Source: an uncultured cyanobacterium (lineage in GTDB: Bacteria > Cyanobacteriota > Cyanobacteriia > Cyanobacteriales > CAWUOF01). Taken from it: a DNA stretch of 64,000 bases. The notes beneath the pieces were generated by a model, which saw only the letters and a list, made by a program, of their open reading frames with translations, was not told the DNA's origin and ran no database searches. Below are positions 1-10,333 of this stretch, in pieces; the first letter of the stretch is position 1, and each line of letters opens with the position of its first letter. A program made the translations under genes and the position numbers. The stretch is taken from assembly GCA_963744145.1 (NCBI GenBank), contig CAVUSO010000001.1, forward strand, positions 3,296,001 to 3,360,000, given 5' to 3'.

Positions 1-211
1 TCAACTTTGAAGAACGATTAAAATACATAAAAATATGGTTCAGCCCCCTAGTAAATGTCGGAGAAATAGCGGAGATGGATGCGGTTACATTCGTTTACAT
101 CCCATCGTTAAAAAGCGATCGCTCATAACATCTTTTTTTTATTCTAGCATTGTTTTTTGAATTTGGTATAATTAACTCTGTTTTAGAATCAGGAGAAATA
201 TTCATATAAAT

Positions 212-855
212 TTACCAATCTTTGAGCAAGAGAGAACCTTTGTAAAGTAAGTAGAAAGCTGCCATAAAAATAATGTGGGACAAATCATTATAGTTAAAAT
301 TTTCAGCAAATATAAAGTCACTTTGCTGAACACCAGCACCAATAAAAGAAACTAGAACTCCTAATATAATCCAAATGGCTGACTTGTCTTGACGACGATA
401 GAAATTCCAGCATTGAAATATAAGTATCACAACCATTGCCGAGAGATAATCTGCAATAACATATTTGAAATCATCTTTGTTTGCTGATAAATAAAGATAG
501 ATTAGTGATTTTATGCTGATGATAATAAATAACAATTTATGCCACCGATCATTTAAGGAATTAATGACAGTTGCTTGGAGCATTAATAAGCTGGATAAAC
601 TGAGGAAATAAACTACAGGCATCCACAGAATTATGTTAGTGTTTTCATCAAAATAAAGAGTAAATCCATGACAAGTTCCTCCAAAAATTGCCGCTATTGC
701 GATAGTAAGAAATGCTGCTGCCCAAAAGCAAATAGAAATTTGTTTCCGATCTTGATGAACACGAAATAACAAGACAGCAAAAATTAGGGTTTCTACTGCG
801 ATTATATAGTCAGTAAGTCAGTAAGCATTGTCATAGGTTCTGTGATAGTAAGCAT
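212..855 (-). pseudogene. Multi-TM membrane protein (DUF6962-like), frameshifted by an 8-bp tandem duplication
   Basis: ATG at 855 gives MLTITEPMTMLTD; removing one copy of GTCAGTAA (809-824) restores YIIAVETLIFAVLLFRVH in frame with ORF 212..772. Confidence 0.7.
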
Positions 856-1010
856 AAGGAAATTCAATAATTTTTATTTATCACCACAAGTACGGGAGAG
901 CCTTAGTTTTTTGGCGAAAAAGCTAACGACAGCATAAGTATTTGATCGGGATCTTGTAGTTTTTTACATATATTCTGAGATAGTTAGGGAATATGTAGGG
1001 TAATAAGCTG

Positions 1011-3083
1011 ATGTTCTTCAAGCAGCATTTTTGGGATTCTATTTACATCGTCAGTGCAGTGATGCTTCTGTATGCAGCTTGGATACTCTTTCGCTTGGTA
1101 ATTTTTCGCCCAGTGATTTCTCCAAAAACGGTGAGTGCAACAGACCGACAAAGAGCGCAAAATATTGTGAAAGAGTATGGGCATTCTGCTCTAGCGCGGA
1201 TAACACTATTAGAGGATAAGTCTTACTATTTCAGTCCTTCAGGACAGACAGTAATTGCCTACGTCCAAGCAGGTCGTGGGGTAATCGCCTTGGGAGATCC
1301 CATTGGCCCTCTCCCCGATCAAAGAGAATCCCTGATCGGCTTTCAGGAATTTTGTGCTAAGAACGGTTGGTTTCCTGCCTTTTACCAAACACTTCCCGAC
1401 TATCTGACACTATACCAATCTCTGGGTTTTCACACCATCAAAATTGGCGAAGACGCGATCGCAGATTTGCCTCAGTTCACTCTGAAGGGAAAATCTGGGC
1501 GTAATCTCCGTCCTGCCCTTAATAAGTTCAACAAGCAAGGCTACCGCATAGAGTACTATGCTCCCCCGATTTGTGATGACTTAATAGCTGAGTTGAAGTC
1601 CATTAGTGACGAATGGCTAGATTTAGTCGAGGGAGCAGAAAAAAAGTTTTCCATGGGCTGGTTTGACCGAGACTACTTGCGTGACTGTGAGATTGCAGTA
1701 ATGGAGGATGCTGTCGGAAACGCGGTTGCTTTTGCCAATATCATCCCTGAATACCAGAACAACGAAGCTACGATTGACTTGATCCGCCACCGTAGAAACA
1801 TTGAAAGTGGAATGATGGACTTTTTTTGGGTCTCAATGATTCAGGAATTCAAAGACCGCCATTATAATGGCTTTAACCTAGGTTTAGTGATATCAAACAT
1901 TGATGAAAATCCTAATGATCCTAGATTGAACAAGGGAATAATTCACTATTATAACAAGTTCCTAATCCAATTTTACAATTTTGAAGGATTGCGAGCCTAC
2001 AAGAAAAAATTTCATCCCGATTGGGAACCTCGCTATTTCGTTTATTCCCAAATAGCGGTATTGCCTCATGTGATTGCGACAATGGCATTTGCTCATGCTG
2101 ACACTGATAATCTCAGGCAAAACAAATTCATTACTCAATTTTTAGGTACTTTACTGAGGAATGGAATCAAGCAAATCTCTCGATTTCTCCCAAGTTTGTT
2201 TAGCATTGGGCTATTTGGTTTGTCAATTTGGACAATTACTAGCGAGTTGCACAAGTACAAGCTTCAAGATATTCTCATCGGCATTGCAACTATCCCTAGC
2301 TGGAAGTTGTTATTGGCAGTTGTTTTAACTATACTGAACTATGTTTTTCTCACAGGGTATGATGTTCTGGCAATTAAGTTGATCCCCTATCCACTACCCT
2401 ATCAAAAGGCTGCTTTAGTTGCTGTAATTAGTCATGCTATCGGCAATAGTGTTGGCTGTTCCTTGCTCAGCAGTAGTGCCATTCGCTTCCGTTTCTACAG
2501 TAATTGGGGCTTGCCATCTGGCAAAATTGCTCAAATAATCGTTTTTACTAACTTCAGTTTTTGGATTGGCTTATTAACGATGAGTGGAATCATGTTTGCG
2601 ATTGCCCCTCTCGATCTTCCATTTGTTAACGTACATTTACTAGGCTTGATTTGCCTCGCAGTTATTATTGTATATCTTATGCTCAGTAGCATTAAAAGTC
2701 GTTCTGTAAAGGTTGGAAGTTTGGTGATACCTCGGTTGCCACTAAGAATGACATTAGCTCAAATTTTTGTCTCTTCATGCGATTGGGCATTGGCAGCAGC
2801 AGTACTTTATGTTTTGCTACCCACAACTTCCGATTTCAACTATTTCATCTTGTGTGGCAGCTACCTGTTAGCTCAGTTTCTAGGAATAGTTAGCAACGTC
2901 CCAAGCGGATTAGGAGTATTTGAAACCGTGTTGCTTTTTTTGCTTTCGCCTCGCATTGCATCGGATCTGCTCATAGAAGTACTGTTATTATACCGAACAA
3001 TCTATTATTTCCTTCCACTGATAATTTCGTTACTCTTGCTAGCTGTTTATGAAATTAGAAATTTCATAAACAAAGGTCGTTGA
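1011..3083 (+). CDS. MprF-like aminoacyl-phosphatidylglycerol synthase: transferase (DUF2156) domain first, flippase-type TM domain second
   Basis: ALGDPIGP, EKKFSMG and FYNFEGLRAYKKKFHPDWEPRY motifs, followed by LTGYD, RFRFYS and VPSGLGVFE of the LPG synthase TM domain. Confidence 0.8.
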   Translation: MFFKQHFWDSIYIVSAVMLLYAAWILFRLVIFRPVISPKTVSATDRQRAQNIVKEYGHSALARITLLEDKSYYFSPSGQTVIAYVQAGRGVIALGDPIGPLPDQRESLIGFQEFCAKNGWFPAFYQTLPDYLTLYQSLGFHTIKIGEDAIADLPQFTLKGKSGRNLRPALNKFNKQGYRIEYYAPPICDDLIAELKSISDEWLDLVEGAEKKFSMGWFDRDYLRDCEIAVMEDAVGNAVAFANIIPEYQNNEATIDLIRHRRNIESGMMDFFWVSMIQEFKDRHYNGFNLGLVISNIDENPNDPRLNKGIIHYYNKFLIQFYNFEGLRAYKKKFHPDWEPRYFVYSQIAVLPHVIATMAFAHADTDNLRQNKFITQFLGTLLRNGIKQISRFLPSLFSIGLFGLSIWTITSELHKYKLQDILIGIATIPSWKLLLAVVLTILNYVFLTGYDVLAIKLIPYPLPYQKAALVAVISHAIGNSVGCSLLSSSAIRFRFYSNWGLPSGKIAQIIVFTNFSFWIGLLTMSGIMFAIAPLDLPFVNVHLLGLICLAVIIVYLMLSSIKSRSVKVGSLVIPRLPLRMTLAQIFVSSCDWALAAAVLYVLLPTTSDFNYFILCGSYLLAQFLGIVSNVPSGLGVFETVLLFLLSPRIASDLLIEVLLLYRTIYYFLPLIISLLLLAVYEIRNFINKGR

Positions 3084-3261
3084 TTAAAATTTCATTTTAG
3101 CTGAATAGGTGCTAGCTCCGATAATTCTTATTTTAATTGCGTTCATGTAGTGTATTTTAATCAAACGGATGCAAAGCTTGAAAACGTTAGCTATAAATAA
3201 TTACAGCGATTGAATCCGTTTGGTTAGTTTTTTTATTTTAGCCGATTGTCCGAGTTCCACG

Positions 3262-3974
3262 CTACGCGATTACATAAGGTACACGCTAGTGAACGCAAAT
3301 AAAAGTTTCTGCTATCTATAAGTCCTCAAAAAGCGCATCGACTCTAATCGCTATGTCCGGAAATGAAAGAGGTGAGATACTTTCACCACGTCTAAATTGT
3401 TTGATACTTTTATACCCATTAGCCCCTGGGTCGCGATACACCTCAACTAATTCAGCATTTAGATCTACAATCCAAAGTTCAATAATTCCTGCTTGACTGT
3501 AGAGGACTGACTTCACATTACGGTCATCGTCAATAGTGGTGTCTGCTACTTCAATCAATAAATATACGTCTTGGGGTTGTGGATGGGCTCCTCGATAGGA
3601 ACCCTTGCGACGTTTCAAAATTGATAGATCTGGCTGTGGCTCTAATTTTCCATTTAGCCTAATTGGGGCTTGCGATCGGATTTTGATCCGCTTACCCAAA
3701 GCATCAGAGAAAATTTCTGCCAAGCCATCAACACAACTTGCATGACGAGTCCCAATCGGTGCCATAAGAATAATATCCCCATCAATTAGTTCTGTCTTAC
3801 CATCCCCAAGCATCCCCAATTCACCCAGCTTGTAATATTCCTCTACCGTGAATTGCTTTCTTGTTGGTTTTGTTACTACTGCGGTCATCTTTCTCACCAT
3901 CCCCTTTACTGACTAGCTCGGATAATTCTCATTTTAATTGCGTTCACTAGCTTGTACCTTATGTAATCATGTAG
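3262..3974. repeat. 43-bp imperfect inverted repeats (3262-3304 / 3932-3974) flanking the Uma2 gene; a related direct copy at 3112-3151
   Basis: TTTTA(T/A)TTGCGTTCACTAGC(G/T)TGTACCTTATGTAATC in opposite orientations, 4 mismatches. Confidence 0.8.
3316..3900 (-). CDS. Uma2 (DUF820) family PD-(D/E)XK endonuclease
   Basis: FTVEEY, ELIDG, EPQPD, LLIEVAD, YSQAGIIELWIVDL. Confidence 0.9.
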   Translation of the reverse strand: MVRKMTAVVTKPTRKQFTVEEYYKLGELGMLGDGKTELIDGDIILMAPIGTRHASCVDGLAEIFSDALGKRIKIRSQAPIRLNGKLEPQPDLSILKRRKGSYRGAHPQPQDVYLLIEVADTTIDDDRNVKSVLYSQAGIIELWIVDLNAELVEVYRDPGANGYKSIKQFRRGESISPLSFPDIAIRVDALFEDL

Positions 3975-4106
3975 TCATTATATGACAATGGCAAAAACAC
4001 GCTCAACTGGAGCATGAAACACCTATTTTTTCGCTATCTGAGCGATCGGGAAAGCAAATATGAAATGCACCCTAATAAATAGCAATTTTATGGCTTATAT
4101 TTTAAT

Positions 4107-5735
4107 TTAATTTGGCTCTAAAATTGCCATTACTTTAACATCAAATTCTGCTTCAAATACCCCTTTTTTGTAATCCAAGCTCCACCGTTCTAAAGTACAT
4201 TCATCACCTAAACGAACTGGTTGCAATTTTAAATAAAGTTCTCTTGTATTGGGGCGATAATCACATTGAAATTTGGCAATAACACCTATTTGTCTGCGAT
4301 CCAATGCTACTGCTAATCGTAAGATTGCACTCAACTGAGAAACCATTTGTCGATCGGTTTTATTAGTTAAGTTGCGGTAGTTTTCATGTTTCTTTTTCGG
4401 GGGACTTTTGCGATGATAACGGGCTAAATTAGCAATAATTTCAATTTCCGTTTCTGTGTAACCAAGTAATTCACCATTACGAATTAGGTAATAAGAATGT
4501 TTATGGTGACAGGAATGGCTAATATGATGACCACAATTGTGTAAAATTGTCGCAGCCCATAAAAGTTCTCTTTCTGCTGAACCCCAATTATGTAAAATTC
4601 CCTGGAGTTGATCAAATAAACTTAAGGCAAAATTTGCTACTCGTTGAGAATAGGGAAGATTAACCTGATATTTCTGGGCAATTTTTAAGGTACTACGTTC
4701 GCGCACCGAACTTTGATATCGGAGTCGATCTTCAATTAAACCGTGAAAGAGCATCCAGTCAACGACTATACCTTCTCGTAAACTGCGCTCACACAAAGTT
4801 AAAGAATCCGCACCAAGCAAGATCATGGCTTCTTGTAAAATTAAAGCCCCAGGAATAATAATTTCCGATCGCTTGTCGGTCATTCCGGGAATCATCGCTC
4901 GTTCTGAGTAGGAAAGTTTCCGCAGACGATTGACTAATTCTTTTAATTCTTTCAGTGTCAATTGATATCCCGTGAAAGGATTGGGTACAATCCCAAATTT
5001 TTCGCGAGCTTGAATTGTAGCTAAAGTTTCGATCGTCCCGGAAGTACCGATTAAACGTGGTTTTTCTCCCGGATTGAGTTTACTGCGTAATTCCTCTACG
5101 GGTCTTTCCAGCATCCCCCGGATATATGCTTGGACATATTGAAATTCGGTGTTGCTAATTGGATCAGTGCGAATAAAGTCAGAAGTGAGACGAACTGCTC
5201 CAATTTTGGTGCTACTCAAAGAACGTGGATCACGACCATCCCCCAAAATTAATTCGGTGGAACCACCACCGATATCAATGATGATATGGGGTTGGTTGTT
5301 AAATTCCATCCCCGATAGTACACCCAAATAGATCCGTCTAGCTTCTTCTTGACCAGAAATTAAGTTAACATGAAGCTCTAATTCGGTGGCAATTTCTTGT
5401 AAAAAATCTCGTCCATTGGGAGCTTCCCGCACCGCACTGGTCGCGACTGCGACAATTTGTTCCACATTGAGACTTTTGGCAATTTCTTGGAAACGTCGCA
5501 TCGTCCCGATCGCACGTTTCATCACCTCTGGTTTTAATTCTCCAGTTTGCGGACAGCGATCGCCCAATCTGACGGTTTCTTTTTCTCTAGAAATAATTGT
5601 AAAGGAAGGTAGTTTCGGCTCAATCCGTACTATTACCATGTGAATAGAGTTTGTCCCCATATCAATGGCTGCGAGAATACGGTTTTTTTCATCTGATGCC
5701 ACAGAAATTTTTGTTAAAGGCACTGTATTGATCAT
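4107..5735 (-). CDS. ppx: Exopolyphosphatase Ppx/GppA
   Basis: AAIDMGTNSIH, ATSAVREA, DIGGGSTE, LREG and C-terminal HD-like domain. Confidence 0.95.
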   Translation of the reverse strand: MINTVPLTKISVASDEKNRILAAIDMGTNSIHMVIVRIEPKLPSFTIISREKETVRLGDRCPQTGELKPEVMKRAIGTMRRFQEIAKSLNVEQIVAVATSAVREAPNGRDFLQEIATELELHVNLISGQEEARRIYLGVLSGMEFNNQPHIIIDIGGGSTELILGDGRDPRSLSSTKIGAVRLTSDFIRTDPISNTEFQYVQAYIRGMLERPVEELRSKLNPGEKPRLIGTSGTIETLATIQAREKFGIVPNPFTGYQLTLKELKELVNRLRKLSYSERAMIPGMTDKRSEIIIPGALILQEAMILLGADSLTLCERSLREGIVVDWMLFHGLIEDRLRYQSSVRERSTLKIAQKYQVNLPYSQRVANFALSLFDQLQGILHNWGSAERELLWAATILHNCGHHISHSCHHKHSYYLIRNGELLGYTETEIEIIANLARYHRKSPPKKKHENYRNLTNKTDRQMVSQLSAILRLAVALDRRQIGVIAKFQCDYRPNTRELYLKLQPVRLGDECTLERWSLDYKKGVFEAEFDVKVMAILEPN

Positions 5736-5822
5736 TCCATTTATCTAGGATAAAACTCCCAGTGAAAACCTCAAGGATCAGGATATCTTAAAAATATAAT
5801 TTGTTGCTAAGTAGGGAGTTAT

Positions 5823-6710
5823 TTGATGTTAACTGAGTCTCAAGCACAGCCCGAACCAATTTGGTTAAAGATTATCCGTCTGTTGCGCTGGAATAAACCT
5901 GCTGGTCGTCTGATTTTGATGATCCCAGCTCTGTGGGCAGTTTTTTTAGCAGCTCGGGGAATACCTCCTTTACCTTTAGTTGGAGTCATTATTGTTGGGA
6001 CTCTCGCTACTAGTGCTTTAGGTTGTGTGGTGAATGACTTATGGGATCGGGATATTGATCCTGAAGTGGAACGAACTCGCTCCCGACCCCTAGCAGCAAG
6101 AACTTTGTCTATTCGGACTGGAATTGTGGTGGCTGTGGTTGCTTGTTTGTGTGCTGGGATTTTAGCTTTATATCTAAATCCCCTGACTTTTACCCTCTGT
6201 GTTGCAGCTGTACCTGTAATTATTCTTTATCCTTTAGCTAAAAGAGTGTTTCCGATCCCCCAATTGGTACTAGCGATCGCTTGGGGTTTTGGTGTATTAA
6301 TTAGTTGGAGTGCGGTAACAGCTAATTTAGGATTAGCAACCTGGTTACTTTGGGGAGCAACAGTTTTTTGGACTTTGGGATTTGATACGGTTTATGCAAT
6401 GAGCGATCGGGAAGATGATCACCGTCTGGGAATTAATTCTAGTGCTTTATTTTTTGGCGATCGCGCGGCTGAATTTGTAGGGATTTTCTTTGGGATTACT
6501 GCTGGTTTTCTAGGGATATTAGGTAATCTTTTAAATTTACATCTGTGGTTTTGGTTATCTTTATTAATTGCAGTAATTGCTTGGTTTTGGCAATATTTAA
6601 AACTCCGTCAAATCGATTTACCTAGACCATTTTACCATCAAATTTTTGCGGAAAATGTTTGGATTGGCTTTGTTTTGTTAGCCGGAATGATTTTTGGTAG
6701 TATTTGGTAA
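5823..6710 (+). CDS. ubiA: 4-hydroxybenzoate solanesyltransferase (UbiA/PlqA)
   Basis: NDLWDRDID..RTRSRP and DTVYAMSDREDD motifs; adjacent to ppx as in other cyanobacteria. Confidence 0.92.
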   Translation: MMLTESQAQPEPIWLKIIRLLRWNKPAGRLILMIPALWAVFLAARGIPPLPLVGVIIVGTLATSALGCVVNDLWDRDIDPEVERTRSRPLAARTLSIRTGIVVAVVACLCAGILALYLNPLTFTLCVAAVPVIILYPLAKRVFPIPQLVLAIAWGFGVLISWSAVTANLGLATWLLWGATVFWTLGFDTVYAMSDREDDHRLGINSSALFFGDRAAEFVGIFFGITAGFLGILGNLLNLHLWFWLSLLIAVIAWFWQYLKLRQIDLPRPFYHQIFAENVWIGFVLLAGMIFGSIW

Positions 6711-6720
6711 GCAGTAGAAG

Positions 6721-7203
6721 ATGAGAACAAAAATTATTGGCATTATGGGTCCTGGTGTCGGTGCTACTGCTCAAGACTGTGAAAATGCTTATCAACTTGG
6801 ACAACTGATTGCTCTAGCTGGTTGGGTATTATTAACTGGGGGTAGAAATGTCGGTGTGATGGATGCTGCTGCTCAAGGTGCCAAACAAGAAAATGGTTTG
6901 ACGATTGGCATTTTACCAACTGATGACCCCAATACTATTTCGATGGCTATCGATATCCCTATTATAACTAATATGGGTAATGCTCGTAATCAGATTAATG
7001 TGTTATCTTCTGATGTGGTGATTGCTTGTGGAATGGGAACTGGGACTGCTTCTGAAATTGCTCTAGCACTGAAAGCTGAGAAAAAAGTAATTTTGTTAAG
7101 TAATCATAAAGAAAGTAAAGTTTTCTTTCAAAATCTAGCCCCAACAAATATTTTGATTGCTGAAAGTCCCCAAATTGCGATTAATTTGATCAAAAATTTG
7201 TAG
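6721..7203 (+). CDS. LOG/SLOG family Rossmann protein (TIGR00725-like)
   Basis: LLTGGRNVGVMDA, TIGILP, ARNQIN, GTASE. Confidence 0.8.
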   Translation: MRTKIIGIMGPGVGATAQDCENAYQLGQLIALAGWVLLTGGRNVGVMDAAAQGAKQENGLTIGILPTDDPNTISMAIDIPIITNMGNARNQINVLSSDVVIACGMGTGTASEIALALKAEKKVILLSNHKESKVFFQNLAPTNILIAESPQIAINLIKNL

Positions 7204-7345
7204 TTATTTAAACAAATAAACATAAAAGTAAACAATGTGCAGCTAGGCAATTTTATTGGCGTAATTTTGGCGATCATCATTAACAGCTTGTTCAGTTATA
7301 ATTAAAGATAGAAAGTCTGGTAAATTATTACATCCCAGACTGGGG

Positions 7346-7864
7346 GTGTTTATGCACAGCCGTCCTAATTTTGCCCAATTAATTGCCACACTCGCTAAAG
7401 CTACTTGGATTACCACATTGACCCTCACATTAGGGGGATTAATTTCTATTGCTAAACCTGCGATCGGTGTACCAAATCTAGCTCTAGCAGAGAGTTCAGT
7501 TACAGATAAACAAATATCAGCCACGATCTATTTACTAGATCCACAAACTCTGGAACTTGTACCTCGTTTAGTCAGTTTACCCGCAGATAGTCCTGTTACT
7601 AGTGCTGTCAAACAGATTATGGCAGCTTATCATGGACAAGATATTGGGATCAAAGATTGTGAAGTGAAAGTCAATCCAAATACTCAGGAAGCAATTATTA
7701 ACTTTAAGCTTGATAATCCCCAGGGAGCAGATGCTTTTCACACTTTAAGTAGTGCTAATCAACTTGCTTTAATTGAATCTATGCGGGAGACCCTCTTAAA
7801 TCATCCCATTTACAATATTAAGAATGTGATTTTTACTGCTAACGATGTGCAGATAGAAATCTAG
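7346..7864 (+). CDS. Secreted GerMN-like domain protein
   Basis: Signal-like N-terminus; LSSANQLALIESMRETL..IKNVIFT. Confidence 0.6.
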   Translation: MFMHSRPNFAQLIATLAKATWITTLTLTLGGLISIAKPAIGVPNLALAESSVTDKQISATIYLLDPQTLELVPRLVSLPADSPVTSAVKQIMAAYHGQDIGIKDCEVKVNPNTQEAIINFKLDNPQGADAFHTLSSANQLALIESMRETLLNHPIYNIKNVIFTANDVQIEI

Positions 7865-7880
7865 AGATCTCGGTGCAAAA

Positions 7881-7959
7881 GCAGAAGAAGGGTGAAGCAT
7901 TCGGATATAATATTACTCGTTTGATCGCTCAATTGTCGCCCGAATGCTTCACCCCTACA
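7881..7959. repeat. REP/MITE-like palindrome GGGTGAAGCATTCGG...CCGAATGCTTCACCCCTAC; second copy at 17759-17838
   Basis: 15-bp perfect inverted arms ending in CTAC; near-identical copy 10 kb away. Confidence 0.8.
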
Positions 7960-7961
7960 GG

Positions 7962-9068
7962 TTACTGGCAATAATTTTTGACAATTTCTAAAATTCGTTC
8001 GGAAGCGTGTCCATCTCCAAAGGGATTGGCAATAGTTGCCATTGTATTATATGCAGCAGCATTACTTAATAATTCTGACGCAGTTGCCAAAATTTGAGCG
8101 GGATTAGTGCCTACTAGTTTAGCAGTTCCTGCCGCGATCGCTTCTTGTCGTTCGGTGGTGTCACGTAACACTAAAACTGGTTTACCTAAACTGGGTGCTT
8201 CTTCTTGCAATCCCCCGGAATCAGTTAAAATTAAATAACATCGATCGATCGCTCCGACTAATTCACCATAATCAAGGGGTTCTGTTAAAAATACTCGCGG
8301 ATGTTTCAATAAAGATTCCTGTAAAGGATTTCTGACGGTGGGATTACGATGGAGAGGTAAGAGTAAAGCTGTATCGGGAAAAGCATCTAAAATTTGCTGA
8401 AAACCTTGGATAATTCCTTGAATTGGTTCTCCCCAATTTTCTCGACGATGGACAGTTGCTAAAATTGTCCGATATTTAGTCCAATCTAGTCCTGGTATAT
8501 GACATTCAGGTTTGTTTTTAGCGACTGATAATAAAGCATCAATCACTGTATTCCCAGTCTGATGAATTTTCCCAGTAGCTCCAAACCGTTGTAAATGTTC
8601 GACAGCTAAAGCGGTTGGGGCAAAATTTAATTGCGCTAGTTGGGTAACTAAACGTCGATTAGCTTCCTCTGGATAGGGATTAAATAAATCATCCGTTCGT
8701 AAACCAGCTTCAACGTGACCAATGGGAATTTTTTGGTAAAATGCAGCTAAAGCAGCAGCAAATGCTGTAGTTGTATCTCCTTGGACTAAGACAATTTGTG
8801 GTTGTAATTGTTTAAATAATTGTTCTAGTCCTGCTAAACTACGGCAGGTAATATCTGTTAAAGTTTGGTTAGCCTGCATAATCGCTAAATCGTGATCCGC
8901 AGTTAAATTGAACAGTTTCATTACTTGATCTACCATCTCTCGATGTTGACCAGTTAAGACAACTTGGGTATCAAAAGATGGAGATTGCTTGAAGATTTGA
9001 ATCACCGGGGCTAATTTAATTGCCTCGGGACGGGTTCCTAATATGATACAAACTCGAATGGGTGACAT
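7962..9068 (-). CDS. wecB: UDP-N-acetylglucosamine 2-epimerase (non-hydrolysing)
   Basis: GTRPEAIK, VQGDTTT, HVEAGLR, TDSGGLQEE. Confidence 0.96.
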   Translation of the reverse strand: MSPIRVCIILGTRPEAIKLAPVIQIFKQSPSFDTQVVLTGQHREMVDQVMKLFNLTADHDLAIMQANQTLTDITCRSLAGLEQLFKQLQPQIVLVQGDTTTAFAAALAAFYQKIPIGHVEAGLRTDDLFNPYPEEANRRLVTQLAQLNFAPTALAVEHLQRFGATGKIHQTGNTVIDALLSVAKNKPECHIPGLDWTKYRTILATVHRRENWGEPIQGIIQGFQQILDAFPDTALLLPLHRNPTVRNPLQESLLKHPRVFLTEPLDYGELVGAIDRCYLILTDSGGLQEEAPSLGKPVLVLRDTTERQEAIAAGTAKLVGTNPAQILATASELLSNAAAYNTMATIANPFGDGHASERILEIVKNYCQ

Positions 9069-9173
9069 TAATTTTCAAGAAAATTATAAAAATCTTTCCC
9101 TATTATAGGCGATCAGATGTATGGATTTTGTTAAGGATCGATTCAAGTCAGTTAAAGAAATTCAGGTAAAAGG

Positions 9174-9252
9174 CTAAGAATTTAAACAGTGATTTATCAC
9201 TATTCGAGCCGCTTTGTTGATAGCGTCCCTCATCTGTCTATTCCGTTTCTCA
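9174..9252 (-). mobile_element. Internal fragment of an IS200/IS605 TnpB
   Basis: Translates as EKRNRQMRDAINKAARIVINHCL. Confidence 0.65.
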
Positions 9253-9501
9253 GTCATATTCATGCACCAAAATATCCTTGATTCCTGCAATTGATTTCCA
9301 AGGTAGATCAGGATAACATTCACGCCGATCGCTAGGAATTTTTTTAGCGGCTTCACCAATAATTTCTAATAATTTCACTACTGCTAAAGTTTTCTCTCTA
9401 TTTGATACAAAGGCATCAAAACTAACACCAATAACAAAAAGTTCAATTTCTGTAATAGCATCAAGGATATCTTGCAAAAATTCCTTGTAACTTCTTTTCA
9501 T
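9250..9501 (-). pseudogene. HepT/DUF86 HEPN ribonuclease toxin, C-terminally truncated
   Basis: LEIIGEA, PWKSIAGIKDILVHEY; stops at the TnpB fragment junction. Confidence 0.8.
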
Positions 9502-9792
9502 ATATAAATTGCCTCAGCTAAAACGCGATCGCGAATTCGACTCTTCAGGCCATTTTTAGTAACAACATCTACTTTCAATCCAAACAGGTCACTTAAATAA
9601 TCCCTAAGTTCTATCAACATAATCAAAGTCGGCGCTATTTCGTAATCAACCAAAATATCAATATCACTTGCTTCTGTCTGCTCACCTCTTGCATAAGAGC
9701 CAAATATACCCAGTTCAGTAATTTGATATTTTTCACACAAAGTTTTTTTTTTGAACTGCTAAAGTTTGCTTAATTTCAGGAAGAGTTCTCAT
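9498..9792 (-). pseudogene. MntA nucleotidyltransferase antitoxin with +1 frameshift in an A10 run
   Basis: GIFGSYARG..SDIDILVD; ATG at 9792 joins in frame only if the T10 tract (9743-9752) is T9. Confidence 0.8.
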
Positions 9793-9929
9793 AGTTTATT
9801 TTCAATTAACTGGCAGAAGTATCACCAATTATATCAGATGTTTTTAATTCTGCCAATCAAATCTCAATTATTCTTGGTCTAGTTCTGTGCTTCTCAAACT
9901 ACCTCCCATCGAAAATGATTATTTAAAAA

Positions 9930-10040
9930 CCAATCAACACTCGCGATCGCGGAAATTAAAGACCCCAGGTAAGCCAAGCCGTTGTGGACAAGATAACGCC
10001 CAAAGCTTGTTTGACTTGACGCAAATTCCCACCAAGCGGA
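9930..10040 (+). mobile_element. Degenerate, internally deleted ISNCY-type transposase remnant
   Basis: AIAEIKDPR* and SRCGQDNAQSLFDLTQIPT resemble the N-terminus of cyanobacterial ISNCY transposases (from memory). Confidence 0.45.
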
Positions 10041-10187
10041 TTATTTCGGGTATTTACCTGGGTTTACCAGACATTGCAACGGGATGGATACGTGAGTGTG
10101 ACCATATATGGTATCCTTTGATGGGTATAAGTTTCTATTATTATGGTTGAGCCATGACTAAAGAATGTATTAATCGATCACGTAATA

Positions 10188-10260
10188 TGGGCAGTACCGG
10201 ACTCGAACCGATGACATCTTGCTTGTAAGGCAAGCGCTCTACCAACTGAGCTAACCGCCC
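10188..10260 (-). tRNA. trnV: tRNA-Val(TAC)
   Basis: GGGCGGTTAGCTCAGTTGGTAGAGCGCTTGCCTTACAAGCAAGATGTCATCGGTTCGAGTCCGGTACTGCCCA cloverleaf. Confidence 0.97.
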
Positions 10261-10333
10261 TTGGTTTTTTTCCATAGAGTTATACTCTAACACAACTCTC
10301 AAAAATACACAAGTAGAAATTCAAAATTTTTTA

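Noticed and set aside
1..128. 3' end of a gene entering the window
   Set aside because: An open frame to TAA at 126-128 exists but is too short to identify.
3942..3969. dif/pdif site
   Set aside because: Only a partial XerD-like arm; the left arm lacks the expected ..ATAA symmetry.
9960..10065. Long hairpin (CCCAGGTAA...TTACCTGGG) as a possible SRP or 6S RNA
   Set aside because: It lacks SRP and 6S conserved motifs, and the sequence translates like a transposase remnant.
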